Shown here in pieces: positions 14,261-29,280 of a DNA stretch of 64,000 bases. The DNA lies in NCBI RefSeq assembly GCF_009914755.1, contig NC_060926.1, one strand, 5' to 3'. The DNA is from the human T2T-CHM13v2.0 reference genome, Homo sapiens. The notes beneath the pieces are model-generated. The model did no database searches and was not told the origin of the DNA. It saw only the letters and a list, made by a program, of their open reading frames with translations. Position numbers and translations under genes: made by a program. The first letter of the stretch is position 1; the number at the start of each line of letters is the position of its first letter.

Positions 14261-15654
14261 ATTAATTCTAGGCAAAAGGAAGGGGAGGAAGAGAATTTTA
14301 GTTTTGAAAGTCATAGTGTTTGCTGCTAGAAAGATTCAGTTATTTACTCTTCATAGCTTAGCTCTTTTTATTTCACTATTCCTGTAACCTTTTGAGTTCT
14401 TAGGCTGCAGACCATAATGCCATATTTTTCTTTGTTGTAAAGATCTTATATCTTCTTTACTAACAGAAAGGAGAAAAAATTCAAATTCAAATGTGAAAGT
14501 AAAAAATAGTCCTACATTTTTGGTTTTTCAAAGACTAATTATTCATGTTTTGTAGCTTCTAATTCTCATTTATGAAATGATATAGTTTGATATTTACTGA
14601 TTTTTAGGCTTTGAGAGGATTTTAGAAAGTACCTCAATTTTATTTCTGTTAAATACTAGTCTCATTATATGTTTCCTTAACTGTTACTTAATATGTTTCA
14701 GAATGATTCTCAGAGAATCATAACAATGGTGAAATCTAAATCTAAATCTCTCCTTTAGTGATTTGCAATATTCATTCATAAAATTGCAAACTATGCAATA
14801 AGAAATGGTTTTGCCATTGTTAAAACCAATATTTTCTCATATCATTTTAATGTAGAAACTTTTTTAAACATAGAAATTGCAGTAGCATCCCTTTGGGAAA
14901 GCTCTTAAATCTATTTTTTTTTTAACTTTAAAGAGAAGAAAATGAATCCCCTGCAAAAGAAGCAGTGACAGATAGAAGGTGACTATATCACAGTAGTATT
15001 TATCCCAAATTCAACTGGATTTCACAGCAAAGAGACAAGCTGTTTTTTCACAAATCATAATTCCTGGATCATTTCCAACACCAGGGTATGAAGTAAGTGT
15101 GAAATGAGCCACAGATATATAAAGGTTAAAGAATACACATAAATGTAGAAAAATCAATATTCATCTTTTCATCATGTTACAAGACTACAAATTTAAAGCC
15201 ACAAGAGGAAAAAGAAAATAATTTTTTAAGGAGTTGAAAGTGTAAATTCTAAAACATTTTAGTTATTGCTGATTTTTTTTTTCTTTAGCCTCTTAATACC
15301 AATTTTCTCTTCAATACAAAAAAAAAAAAACATAAGTAAACAGGAAGAAACGAAATCCCGTTAGATATGTAGGAAATTTCTCTCAGGGACAATCCTGAGT
15401 TTTTTACATAGATTGACAAAAACAATAATTACTGGGTATTATCTATATTGAGGATGGCAGAAGAGATCATATTTGATACCTATGAGAAAAAGAGAGTGAT
15501 TGAGAATATTTGTAGAGGTTGAAGGAAAATCATTTGGATGAGTTGGCTATATTTGAGGAACTAGAATCTTAGTAAGTTCTTATTACTAAGGCTGTAAATG
15601 AATATGCATCCATTACCAGGTGTTTGTTTGTTTAAGATGAAATCAAGTTTCAGA

Positions 15655-16077
15655 GTATGAATAAATAAAAAAAAATTGTGGCATATACATAAAATTGAAT
15701 TTTATGGAGTCCCAAAATGGAATGAAGTATTGATACTTGCTACAACATGAATAAGTGTCCAAAATATTATGCTAAGTGGAAAAAACCTGACACAACATGT
15801 CACATGTTATATTATTCCATTTATACAAAATACCTAGAATAGGTTGTCCCATACAGTTAGAAAGCAGACTGATGTTTGGCAGGGGCTGGGGGCAGAGAGA
15901 AATGGAGGACTGCTTTATGGGTACAGATTTTCTTTTTGAGTTAGGACATGTTTTAGAACTTGATAGAAGTGGTGGTTGCAAAACATTGTTAATTCAATAC
16001 TAAATGTCATTGAATTGTTCACTTTAAAATGATTAATTTTATGTTATATGAATGTCACTTTAATTTAAAAAAAAAAT
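15655..16077 (+). mobile_element. Old L1 (L1MB-like) 3' end
   Basis: L1M 3'UTR motifs aatgaagtattgatac..gctacaacatg, attatgctaagtg, tgaattgttcactttaaaatg...ttttatgttatatgaat; ends in poly(A). Confidence 0.85.
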
Positions 16078-18269
16078 CTGGCTCCTAGAGTTTTGCTCTA
16101 AATGCAGCCTCAACTTCAGGCTGGAAATAACCCCATACCTCCTGTGTGTTGCTTGGTGTTAAAATAGCATGTTTTTCTTGGCATTGCTCTCTTTCTCTTT
16201 TCTGCTTCCCAATCAACATGTCCAACTTGCACAGAAAGGTCTCCTTTCTGTTGAAAAAAAAATTAACAGTTTATGTTATTTTAAGAACATTGCAAAAACC
16301 AAGTTGAAGTCCAAATTAAATGCATTCTACATTCTTCCCGATTACTCTCTTATGCGTAAGACTAAAATAAAATGCGTAACAATGAGTAGCCAGGAAGCAT
16401 AGAGGGAGGACACACATGTATGAAGTAGCTCTCACTTAGCAACTTTTAGAAATGTAAGTGGAGGGCGTAGGATGTTTACCATATGGGGTACAAAGCAGAT
16501 TCTTCTGGCTAAGAAGGAAAGGAGGAAAGGATTTCTAGGCTGCCAGGAAGCAGGTAGAAATTCTGTCTGAAATGAGATCTTTCATGGAATAGTAAGAATT
16601 TGTTTCTTAGGAAGAAAGCATTTAAACTTTCACAGTTAGTGTCAATTCATTGGTACTAAATGGCTAGTTAATGTCATTGTTTTCTTGTTTTGTTTCAGAT
16701 TTTCAAATTTATTGTTACCAAATTTAGAGTATTCTCTTATAATTGTCATTATGAAATTTTAAAATCATAGTACAGAAAAGCATAGAAAATTATATGATGA
16801 ACACTCATGTACCCACCATCCTGGTGCCAAGTCTTATCATTTTGCTGTATGTGTTTTAGATTTATAAAATAAAACAGTAAAATATCCTTGATACCTTTGT
16901 GTACCTATCTCTAACCACATTATTTCTCCTTCTCCAGACATAATTGCTCTCTTGAAATTGTTGTTAATATTCCCACAGACACTTTTATGTTTTTACTTCA
17001 TTATTTATGTCCCCATCATAATCCACAGTTTATCGTCATTGTTTGACCCTCAGAAGCAGATACGTCACATCATGACATCATCATAATTTGTCCACGTAAA
17101 GCATGTACTTGTTTTCATATTTTATGTATGTATTTATTCATTTATTCATGCGTTTTTAGCCTACTGCTCCCTACTTCCAATGACAACCCACTCTGATGGA
17201 CGTTCTATGCATCCTTTGCTCTTGGAGAGCACAACCATTTTTATAGGGTGATTAAAGGTGACCATTTCTATTAGTTCCATTTTCATTTTTTTCTTTCTGT
17301 TCCTTGTTCTTCATTATAATTTCTCTTCCAAAATAAACTCTCAAAGCAATTTTCCAGACAAACAGAAGACGATGGTGGGGGAAGGCCTATTTTTAGGGAT
17401 AGAAGACTTGTGTGGGATATGAGATTTGGGGAAGCTAGGTGCTTCTTTGTTATTAGCAAGTGTAATACTCAATGGTCTATAAAACCACTCTTTTCAACAT
17501 TACAGTTTGAATAAAATTGCAATTATGGAAATAGGTAAATCATGCGTAAGAAAGCTTTATTCCCATTTTAGTGTGGGAAACCAATTCTCCCATGGTGTAT
17601 AATTCTAATTTAGGGTCCTACCCATAGCTTGTAAATATCAATTTTTTAGCAAACAACTTCACGGAGTGAGATGAGTGTATGAAGTTCCTGGGTTGACAGA
17701 CAGCTTATGCTTATAGTTTGTTCATAAGCAAGCTTTTCAAAACTAAGCATGCAATTTCCTATACAGCCAATATTTAGTAACTGTGAGTATGTGCAAAGGC
17801 TAATTCATGGAACTTAGAAAGCCTTTGGTAACTGAGAAACAATGGTAAGACTAATATAATTAGGACTATATCAAAGAATGCTTGGCGATGCTTATTGAGA
17901 ATGGAATGTGGAGTAGGTGCATCATTTTCCTTTCTTTTCCTTCTTGCTCTCTTCCTTCCTTGCCATGGTTTAGTCCTAGTGAGAAGAAATGCCATGATCC
18001 TGAAATTGCTTGCCTTTTTCTAACTCCTCAGCTTCACCTTCCTGCAGCCATTTCCCATACTTCAGGAACAGTGGCCAGTGTCACTGGGAATATTCTATAC
18101 TCTCTGTCTCAACTTACATCTCTATCCTCCATTAAACACCACATTTGCAAGTCAACAAGGGCGTCTAATAGTTTCTACTATTTAGAAGAATAATTTCTCT
18201 AATGCCAAATCGAAGTCTACTATTTGGGTTTCATATGACGGTGTAATTATATTATGACATCTTTCCCAG

Positions 18270-18950
18270 TTGCCTATATTCCACATCCAATTGGTAAGAG
18301 TCATACCATTTCTACCTTAAAAAATATGTTCCAAATTCAGCACTTTTCACCTCCTCCATCATTCCCTGTATATATTCCTGCCCTTCAGTAGCTCAATTCT
18401 GCATATAATAGTCAAAATAATCCTTTTAAAATGTTAATGGGATCTTGTCATAACTTTAATCAAAATCTTCCATCTTCTTCCTATCACATTTAGAGCAAAA
18501 TTCAAAGCCTTTGTAATCTGACCCATGTCTTCCTCTCCTAACTCCTATCTCCACGTTCCCCTGCTTACTCCACCAGAGTCCCAGTGTTCGGAGCTCTGTG
18601 CCCTCTTAGGGCCTTTGCCTCTGTTGCTGTCTCTTCTAGAATGTTCTCTTAGGCTTGCATGATTCCATCCTTCACTTAGTTTATGGCTGTGCCCATATTT
18701 TATCTTCTCACACAGGCTTTTTCCTGGCACCAAATAGCATCTTCTTCCTTCACTGCTCTCTATTGCTCTACAATGCTCAGTTTTTTAGATAGCATGTATT
18801 ATTGACAATAAAATATTATTTATTATTAGTTTATTTGCTAGAAAAGGAAAAAGAGCTTATCTTCATCACTGTTCTAGCAATGGCACATAGAATCTGTGTC
18901 TGGAATATAGAAGGCAACAGTAAACGCCCATTGAAGAAGTGAATGAATCC
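18270..18950 (+). mobile_element. L2 LINE 3' fragment
   Basis: L2 motifs cttagggcctttgcctctgttgc...agaatgttctct and terminal gaagtgaatgaat. Confidence 0.65.
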
Positions 18951-20059
18951 ATTTCAATACAACTATTTTATTAGCATCCAAGGAGAACAATACATTGCAC
19001 AGGGATATCCTGGGAATTTAAATAAGTTTACTATTTAAGATGTAGTACAGCAACTATAAAATGTATAACAGAGAAAATAGTAAAGGTTAAGTGGGAAAAA
19101 AAACTTCTCAAATGCGAAGTAAAATGAAGATAGAATTTTTTTATGGAGGATGAATAACAAAAATAAAATAAAATACACTTAAAGTGGAATTTAATAGAAT
19201 CTAAAGTTGAAAATGTGCATGGAATTATATAAATGTGGATAGTAAAAGATGTTAGTGATGAATACCCAACCAAGAATTTCAGTAATCATTAAGCTTTATA
19301 ATGCTGAGACACTATTTTCACAAAACATTAAAATATAATGAAAAACTACAGTTCATAAGGATGGTTTGTTCATAGAAACTAAAAATGTTTTCTTCGCAAA
19401 TCCAAGGACTCGTATTTTACTGTTTTGATTATTATCATGGCCTCTCCTAACATGAATTAAACAAGCAATTCTGAAAGAATTGTTTTATTATTGTTGTTTT
19501 TCATCTATTTGCAATGATATCTTGAGGAAGGAACTGATATAATTTGTAAATTCTCCTGGATCCATTTGGAGTGAAGTATATTTGTCCTTTTTAGTAATAA
19601 CATAAAGTATTAAACTATGTTACATGAAACAAAAAATGCGTGCTTAATGACTGAAATATGATAGTAGTGAAAAGATGTTTGTACGGCAAACCTTAGGTTT
19701 TAATAAGCAATAATAACAATTCTAATAAAATCCAGAAGTAAATAATGAAAATAATGCAAAGCCTACTGTATAACTATTAAGCTACAAAATGCGTATTTTT
19801 TTCTCTTATGGAATGGAGTGAATATATACAGGATTGATATGTTTCATATGTATTTATTGAACACCTAGGAGTTATTACAAGTCATTATGGGAAACACAAA
19901 TGCCTAACAGAGTCACTGTTTTAAAGAAATATAAACGCTAATAAACTATAATGTATAATTATAAGTTGCATTGTTTACCACAAATATTAAGTTACATGTA
20001 AATGTTTAGCAAGGGAAATATTTAAATAAATGCTGTCATCAAAGTTTTATAATTTGAGA

Positions 20060-20240
20060 GAGTCATCAGAGTAGAGTTTCAGAGTCAGACTGCCAGGGTT
20101 CAAATCTCCCAGGCCTCCCAGCCATTGTCCTCACTTCTCTAAGCTCCAGTGTCCTCTTCTATTAATAGATGACTGAATGTGATCATTTATAAACATTACC
20201 TAACACTGCACCTGGCACATAGGTAGTGCCCCGTAAATAC
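20060..20240 (+). mobile_element. MIR SINE
   Basis: agagtcagactgccagggttcaaatc...aacactgcacctggcacataggtagtgc. Confidence 0.65.
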
Positions 20241-21787
20241 CCTTGCCCCCTAACATGAACTACCTGTAATACTAATTCAATCTTCTAATTGCTTTTTCAG
20301 TAAAAATTTGTACTTGATCTGTGCTGGGAAATACTGTTTTCCCAAGTGTAGAGTTTCTATATAAGGAATATTAAAAACTCATCTCTAGTCATGCCAGGGT
20401 GATTTTTTTTCTCCTTTCTATGCTGGTGAACTGAGGAATAACAACATAATCAAAGGAAATATTCTATGCAAAGACCATTTTACAACCTGTCATTAGGCAC
20501 GACTACCCAGGTAATAGTTATTCAAGTACACATTGCTCAGACTATCTATTTTTCCCTCATGCTATCATTATCCACTAATAATAGAATTTACAAGACATTT
20601 TAAGAGGCCAATAAAAAGCAAGTTCCTTTGAGGGAATTCATGAATTTTCTTTTAAAAAACTTCATTAGCAATGAGAAACCTACCATTGACCAGGATGTTA
20701 ATGGTGACTATTCTGTTCATCAACATGTTTATAATTCATATAGCAACTAATGATTATAAAGCATTTGATGATAGCAAGCAATTATAACAATTATGGACTT
20801 TCTTTTATGTGCAGAACAGCACTTGGGCTATGTAACAATAAAATAGGGCTGTAATTTAAAGTAACATTTCACATTTTTATACCGTCGAGGATTGCACTTC
20901 TGATGTTTAAAAAGTGCAAAAGATTCATTTCTATTGGGTTGATTTTAAATGTGTCTGCCCCATCACAAATATGCTATTCTAATGATCATTTCAAGTAAAA
21001 AAAAATCAGTTAAGCCTCAGGAGAAGGATGTATTTATACCTGTAAACAGCAATATTCAAGCTTGAACAGACAGCAATCAAATCCAAAACACTGAGGGACA
21101 CATAAAGAACAACATTTACATAGACACGATAGAGTGTTTTCTAGATAGCATTTAGGCATTTCTACATCACCCAATTGAAGTGGTATTTCATAAATAATTT
21201 ACAAATAAAGGAATTTGTAGAGAAAACAGGGAAACTAGGTGCACACATGATAAACTCATAGTATGTTTGGTCATAAGTGTGCTATATACAGAAGCATAAT
21301 TTTGAGGTAATTTGCTAATGTGTTCATTTTTAACCACAGACCTCTCTTCATAGTTACTGGTATCTTTCCAGACAGGTAAGGCTAACTCCTGCACTACAGG
21401 ATCACATTCTTAATGTCTTCTAAGTTATTTTCTTTGTTTCTGACTTGAGATGCCCTACTTTTTATTCCAAGGATCATTTTTACATTACAAAATGCTCTAA
21501 AATTATTATTGCATATTTTAATGTATAGAGATTAGAATAAAAGTGCTTCCAACCTTCAACAGCAGAAGTCTCCTTCTACAGGATCTACCACCTTGAAGAA
21601 ACTCTATTAGTCCCAGACTGCTGCCCTTGGTGGCGTGTGTTCATTCTGGCATCTATTTTGTCTTTTTTTATTCTCCAAAGTAAATATTTTCACTTGGTAG
21701 CACTGAGTTGTATTATATCTATCATTGTATTTTAATAACTTTATGTAAGCAAGTTTCAAATGAAAAGATTTCCAAAGAAGAATGCTA

Positions 21788-22091
<304 letters not shown>

Positions 22092-23229
22092 CTAAATAGA
22101 AAGTTGCTTTGGGGGTGTGGAGAAAAAGGGAGAAAGGGGAGAGGAGCTGGCCTTGCAGGTTCTGAGGGGACAGCAACTCGGTTGCTAATACCTTCACTAT
22201 AGAAATGTGTGTAACTCTTGGGAAAATATCTACATTTTTGGCAGAATTTATGCCCATGCAATCTGCAGGTTAGGGTTTAAAGAAACTCTTCCTTAAGTAA
22301 GGTTTGCATTTAGCATGTCCTTCATCCATGGTAAGGTATCATCTCTTTGATTAAAAAAAAAAAAAAAGGCCATTTTTCTGTGAGACATTTAGTTAGAGGA
22401 GTCATTTCTCTCTCAACTCTTAAGTTTGGCATTTCCTTGTATGAGACTAGGCAAGGCCAAGACTATTGATTTTAGATGACTTATGCAGTTTTTCAGTAAC
22501 CCCGAAGCCTGATATATTTTGGTTAATACAACTTAAGGAAAAAAATATCATGTATTTTGGAAGCAAATCCATATTTATTTTATGTTTCTGTGGGACAAAG
22601 GTATCTACCTGTATTTACTGAGTGTGTATGCTGGACTATTTTAAGGTGGAGTAAAAGTTGTACTAAGAAAGGAACAGGTAAAATGTCTAGCATTTAATGG
22701 GCTGAATACATTTAATTTCACATAAAATCCTCTTCGTTATCCAACCTCTTTCAGTTCCCTGAAGGTTAATGCGCACTAAAAATACAAGCACAAATATTTA
22801 TTTTTTGTTTTCTTTGGATTAAAGAGACAATCTCTAAAGGGCATTTCAAATGCATTTCATATTCAAAACTAATGTTGGATGTGACCTTAAGAAATGCCTC
22901 AATCCAGTGGTTTTCTTTGTGTTCATTTATTCCCATTTACTACTCATATTGCTGCTGGTTTTCCTGGTTTAAGTATACCCAACAAGTACAGTTCAGAAGA
23001 ATGTACATGCTATGTATGTATTATATGTATATATGTATATAAAATATATAAAATTATATCATTACTTATATTTTTTAAATAAATATAAGAAACTAATTTC
23101 AATATTTAAGCTTAATTTTTACATTTTGCCTTAGGAAGATTTCTAAGGTATTAATTCTATAATCATAATAAACTTACTTTTTATATTTGTGATGTTATTC
23201 CTCAGTTGTAAAGTACAATTAAACCATTC

Positions 23230-23700
23230 ATGGGGCCCGCAAAGTCTATATAATCTCGTCATAGATCAATTCTTTCTCAGTTCTTCCATCTCTTCCATTT
23301 TCTCACTCCATCCCAGGCGTGTTGGCCTTCTGTGCTTCCTCAATAGACAGGCACACATCTAGCCTTGCCTTTGCATTTCCTATCACTAGACCTGGAGCAT
23401 CCACCCCCTACTTTCCCCATTCTCTACATATGTTCACATGACTCATAGCCTTACTGGATTCAGATCCCTTTTCAAATGTCATTTCCCCATAGAGGCCTTC
23501 CCTGGCCACTTGATTTAATATAACACCTCCATTAATATTTTTATACTCTGCTATATCTTTCTTCCTAGGTTTATGGACTTTCTTCTTTATTCTTTCTATG
23601 GCAGGAGAACACAGAGAAATGTGTTTTGTTTGGTGCTGTATCCACAGCAATGGGAATAGTGCTCACATGTGTATGTGTTCAGTAAATACTGTACTGAGTA
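23230..23700 (+). mobile_element. L2 LINE 3' fragment
   Basis: gcctttgcatttcc, tcaaatgtcatt...gaggccttccctggccac, terminal gtgttcagtaaatact. Confidence 0.6.
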
Positions 23701-26322
23701 GACATAGGCTGGTCACTCAGGTGCTAAGCCCTTTGATACATTAGCTCATTGAAAGCTCTAGGACCCTAGTGGTTGGTAGGAACCCATAAGGGAGGAGCAA
23801 GACACAGTAGGGCGACCTGTTTGTGACCCAGGTAAATGTGTAACCACTCGTTATCTCATCTTTTAGAAGCTTTCTGAAATCACAGAGAAACACTGAGGAG
23901 ACAGGGGCAGATGGAGGATTACTGAACACATGAGGTCCACCACCACCATCAAAGGAGTGAAAAGAGTCAGCTCAAAAATGATTCAATGTACCAGGTTGTA
24001 TATAGAGACCAAAAATTGCCTTCACTGCTATTGGGACATACAGTCCCTACTCAAGATCACGGAAACGTTTCCATATGGCTGGTACAAGTGCAATCATTTG
24101 GCTGTAGGGATATTTCTTGAGTCCTCCTCCATATCCAACATTTAAATATCAGCCAAATAACACATTTACATACACCGAATGTATCTTCTGTTAGAAAGGT
24201 GGAGGCGAAATGTTCTAAAACAAAAAGGACTACAACATAAGAACAGAAGGCAATGTCTACACACAGTTTTGAAGAGGTGTGATGGTACTTAATCCTGAAA
24301 AGCAAGAAGGGGAGAAACTCGAGCCAAAACCCCTCTCCCTTAAGGAGGGAAATGCCTTTCCTTCTGATCTGATGGCCCATACTCACTTCTAAAGCTTCCA
24401 CATCAGTTTTCATCAGTCAAAAGGTGATGTATGAAAATGTGTATTGAAGAGAATTAGAGAAGTGTCTAACCATTTTCTCATAGTACTCTTTCAAATAAAG
24501 TTATTTTCTAGGATGCAGTATTTTCAAAATGCATTTGAGCTAGCAGAGGGCTATTTCCAAGTCCACAGTGCTCACTGCCCCTTCTCATGACTCTATATGT
24601 CCTTTGTTATTTAGTATTGAGTCTACTCCCCATGTCCTCCCTTGTACTGACCAGCATTTTTCTCCATACTGAAGAGAGTAAGTTCTTAGTACTTGTGCCA
24701 GATAAGAGAAACTTTGGTGGAAATTTATAACACAGTGGTTATAAGTGGTGATAAAATCAATAGAAGTTTGCGGGAGTTAATATAGACAAAAACAAATTAA
24801 TTGGAAAACTAGCCTTTACAAAACAGATAGGTTAGTAATGAGGATGAGAGGCTAGAACTCCCATCACACCATGCTATAGGAAGAATCTAGTTAGAAGGCT
24901 GCAGGTCAGACCCTGGACCCTGGTGTTTCATGCAGCGCTGTATGTACCCACACCACCAGGAATAAATTCTAATGTATTTCCTACTTCTGTGCATTATTTC
25001 CCCAAGAACAGTTCCAGCTGGGAACATCTAACTGTCCCTCTTTCTCTAGCTTGGTTACTGGGATAAAGAGAAAGTATCTCAGAAGCTTTGGTTTAATATT
25101 AGGTGGGTAGACCCTTCTTACCAAGACACACACACATAAGAAAGGAGTTTAGTTGCTTGGTAGTCAACAAATGACAAAAATTGTCTACAGACATCATCAA
25201 GAATCCCTCTAAGAGAGTGGATGAATTCTTCGGGAAAGGTGGGTGGCAGCATGGAGGTGTGCCTGCCTTCTGAGCCCACACACCTTCTGTAGCCCTGTCA
25301 ATGACTATAGATCTTTGATGGGCAAAGAATACTATGGGGGACTGTCAGCATTTGGAGTCACCTAGAGCTGAGTCAATAGGTCATGGCAGGGATTCTAGAA
25401 AATTGGGCAGAATATGTGAAAAATTATAGGTAATTCTTCACTAGTAAAGGGAGATAGAGAAAGATAGAGAGAGAGAAGGATAGAAAGAGAGAAAATTAGA
25501 AAATTTATGCTATACTTTCCCAAACAAAAGGCTGATTTGAACTGAAATCAAAGTGGTAGTACTTTATGATGTGTTCATATGACATCTGGAATAGGATCCA
25601 TCTAAGGCCTGTGTTATATTATTCAGTAAGCACAGAAAATGTCCTTGAGTCTAAAACCAGTGGTATGGCTGGGATTCCAAACTCTTTTTCTCTAATTACA
25701 AATGAGAAACAAGGAATATATTATCCCATATGCCACTAAAATGCCCTGTGGATTAATTTATATCTTGAGGTATGTCTCTTAACTCTGAGAAGAGAGAATG
25801 AGAGAATTAAGCTTTTGAAACTCATTTCCATAGTTTTATGTTTTTAATACCCAATGCTAACGAACTTTTAATGCAGATTTTATCTGTTTATTCCATTTAT
25901 TGTGAGTGGTCATTAACATTTGCTAGATAATGTGTTTTTTATTCGTGTTAGGAAATAGAAATGCAGAATATGTCTTTTGGATTCTCTGATTATCAGCAGA
26001 TAGCTCAATCATATTCTTATACTAATTTTGTACACTGGCTCTTAAATTGGTAATAGACTGTTGTGTCCACAAAATATTTTCCTTTAAAAAATCTGTTTTC
26101 TTCTGAATAAAACAATAGGTCTAAATTAAGAATAAGCTTATATAAATCACTAAATGACAATTTCCTTGAGTTTAATAACTCATTCTATGGGTTTGGTAGA
26201 TAAATACAATCAATCAATCTTTGAAACTGGGGAGATGTCTTGTTTATCTGAAGAAAAATACATATTGTTGATAGTTTACTTCTCTAGGATAACGTTGGAT
26301 CTGTCAGGATTAATTAAACATA

Positions 26323-27580
26323 TAAAGGGACTACAAAGAGTTCATGAAAAAATACAACTAAGAGATTTAAGGTAAAAAATAGACTTGATTTCTCAACTGA
26401 GCTCCATCAAGATCAAAACACTTTTGTAAATGATGTTATCAGCCATTTAGTCCATCCCTAAAGAATTAAGAATCCTGGGAATTTAATCATGTCAACGTAG
26501 TCATTTTTTATATTATTAACTGAGGAAAAATGGGTTCCCTGTAAGATTTTTTAAGATTAGAAAACAAAGAGAAGTTAGAAGGAGCCAAATCAGGACTGTA
26601 AGGGAAATGCCTAATGATTACAAACTCGTCCTTGTTTCATGAGATGAATGAGCAGAAGAATTGTCCTACTGAAGGAGGGATCTCTGGTGAAGCTTTCCTG
26701 GGCATTTTTATGCAAAACCTTTGGCTCACTTTCTGAAAACACTCTTATAATAAACAGATGTTACCTTTCTTTGGTCCTCTGGAAAGTCTACATGAAAAAT
26801 GCCTAAGCATCCCAAAAAACTGTCGCCGTGACCTTTGCTCTTGACTGTTGCACTTTGCTTTGCTTGACTACCGCCAACCTCTTGGTAGCTATTGCTTTGA
26901 TTGGGCTTTATCTTAGGTTCATACTAGTAAAGCCATGTTTAATCTCTTGTTACAATTCTTTGAAAACCTGCTTCAGGATCTGGCTCCCACTTGTTTAAAG
27001 TTTCCTTTGAAAGCTCTGCTCTTGTCTGCAACTGATTTGGATGCGATAGTTTTGGCCAGTGGAAAGTTTGCTCCATCTTAGTTTTTCAGTCAGAATTGTG
27101 TATGCTGAACCAATTGAGATTTGTATGGTGTTGGTTATTGTTTGTGCTATTAATTGTCATTCCTCTTCAATTGGGGCATGAACAAGATAATGTTTTTCCT
27201 TGGAAATAGATGTAGATAGTATGCCGTTGTGGGCTTCATCTTTGACATTGTCTCATTCCTTCTTAAAATGAGTTTCCATTGGTAAATTGCTGATTTCTTT
27301 AGGGCATTGTCCTCAAAAATTTTTCACAAAGCATCAGTGATTTCACCATTCTTCCACCCAAACCTCATCAAAAATTTGATGTTTGTTCTTGTTTCAATTT
27401 TAGCATAATTTGTGTTGCTCTGATAGGAGCTCCTTTCAAATTGATGTTTTATATTTCTTAGTGCCTCAAAATAGATCCTGTTCAAACATGTCATAAAAGT
27501 AAGTATGGGTCCATTTTGTTGCAAAAAAATTGAAAACCATGCATAGTTTTTTCATATACACATTTCCATGAACTTTCTGA
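26323..27580 (-). mobile_element. HSMAR2 mariner DNA transposon, near full length, transposase disrupted
   Basis: About 1.26 kb; left terminal inverted repeat (TIR) taaagggactacaaagagttcatgaaaa follows a TA; ORF track 27324-27524 gives KIETRTNIKFLMRFGWKNGEITDAL (HSMAR2 N-terminus); mariner motif PYSPDLAPS encoded at 26577-26603 on minus; right TIR incomplete. Confidence 0.92.
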
Positions 27581-28869
27581 GTTCATGGAAAATGTGTATA
27601 TGAATTGGCAAATAGATGAAAATCAATTTATTGTGATACTGATTGAAAACAATAACAAAAGATATGTGATGAAGAAGAGTATCATGAGTCATCCAAAACT
27701 TTAAAAACATCCATTATTTTCAGGCTTCATAACTCATAATTCAAATATTCTGAAAATTCAATACACTTTAAAATTTCCAGAAAGCTTTTAGGATTCCTGG
27801 ACTTGAACTCTTACTCTTTCTCTAATCATGCCTCATCTCCTGGTCACTGGCCTAAATTATACCCTCTTGAAACACTTATCATTACCAATTATTGTCAAGA
27901 TATGTCCTTTTATGTGCAGGACATTTCACCTAAGACGCAGTTAGTTTCACAGACAGACAGAATTAAAGTATTTCCCAACAGTCACTTTTATTTTTTAATG
28001 CATCTGGGTCATAGTAATAGGCTAGATACTTCGAACAGTCTCCCATCAGAACAGTAGATAGGTTTATTGTTTTAGTTTGGCCACATGTTCATCTAAGACA
28101 AAATTTTTTAAAAATTCACAGATTCCAATAAACAAAGGCTTCGAAGATAATTCTTCCATTAATTAATTTCACCCATACTACATAGTAGGTTTCTTCTTGC
28201 AATGCAGAACCTGGAGGCTGGGTATCTTTCCCAATTGCTTCTCTCAGATGATCTTCATAAGAAATTTAAAGTGTAAAAACCTTCTTCCCTACACTTTGAG
28301 TAATTTATTGATTACAAGCTACATATGCACCAGTAGGCCTAGAAAGCTATATTAGAGACTACAATAACACCATTTATCTTTGTCTGTGCAACTCACGTTA
28401 GATACTTAAGAATTCAGTAATTCTTAGTCAGTAGTTCCATCCTACTCAAAATTATTCAGGATTCTCATTTGTTTATTTTTGTAGTTCTCACATAATAAGT
28501 CTTAATCTTTGAAGGCTAAATGTGCCTCACACTAATCAAAGCACTTTATACATATTTACTCATCTCATCTCTTATAGCAGAGACCTAATATGTAATTAAA
28601 TTATAGCATACAGTCTGTTCTGAACTCAGGATGTAAACCTTTAATATTTCTAATAGGATACTAAATAAATAAAAGGAGGATGAGGAGAAGGGGAGAAGAA
28701 GGAGAAAAAGAAAGAAGGAGGGACACTTCAGCTGACTAATATTTATTAGTGATAACTAAATGCCCATTATTTTATGCCATTGAGATTTTGAGGCCTTTTG
28801 TTACACAGCAACAGAAGACTAGCTGACTAATAGCAGGAGCAGAGCCGGTCCTTTTCAGAGCTTATTTTA

Positions 28870-29280
28870 GGTCTCCTTCAAATTCTCAATGTTCTCAGAA
28901 TTCTGACCCTCTTTTTGTCTTTAAACAAGCTAAACTTATTTTAGGACCACGGGCAAGCTGTTTGGTCTGCCTGGACTTTTCTTTCCCATAAGCTGTCTTG
29001 TAGCTCCCTCTAATCTTTCTGGCTTCAGCTTAACTATTACCTATTCAGTAGGGCATTTGCTAACCTCAGTGTCTAATTACAGACCCCTCTTTTCTTTGTG
29101 AGTCTTTATCACATGCATTGTCTACATCATTTATAGTGTTTATCACAATTCACAATTACCTGTTTGTTTTCTTGTTCATTGTCTTTACAACTCTTTCCAT
29201 TATAGCAGGCAGTATGTCAATATTTTTGTCCCATATAACTGCAGTGACCCCCAGAGTGCCTATTAATGAATAACTATATA
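28870..29280 (+). mobile_element. L2 LINE 3' fragment
   Basis: L2-like motifs cttcagcttaactattacc, tttatcacaatt, cagagtgcct; boundaries approximate. Confidence 0.45.
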
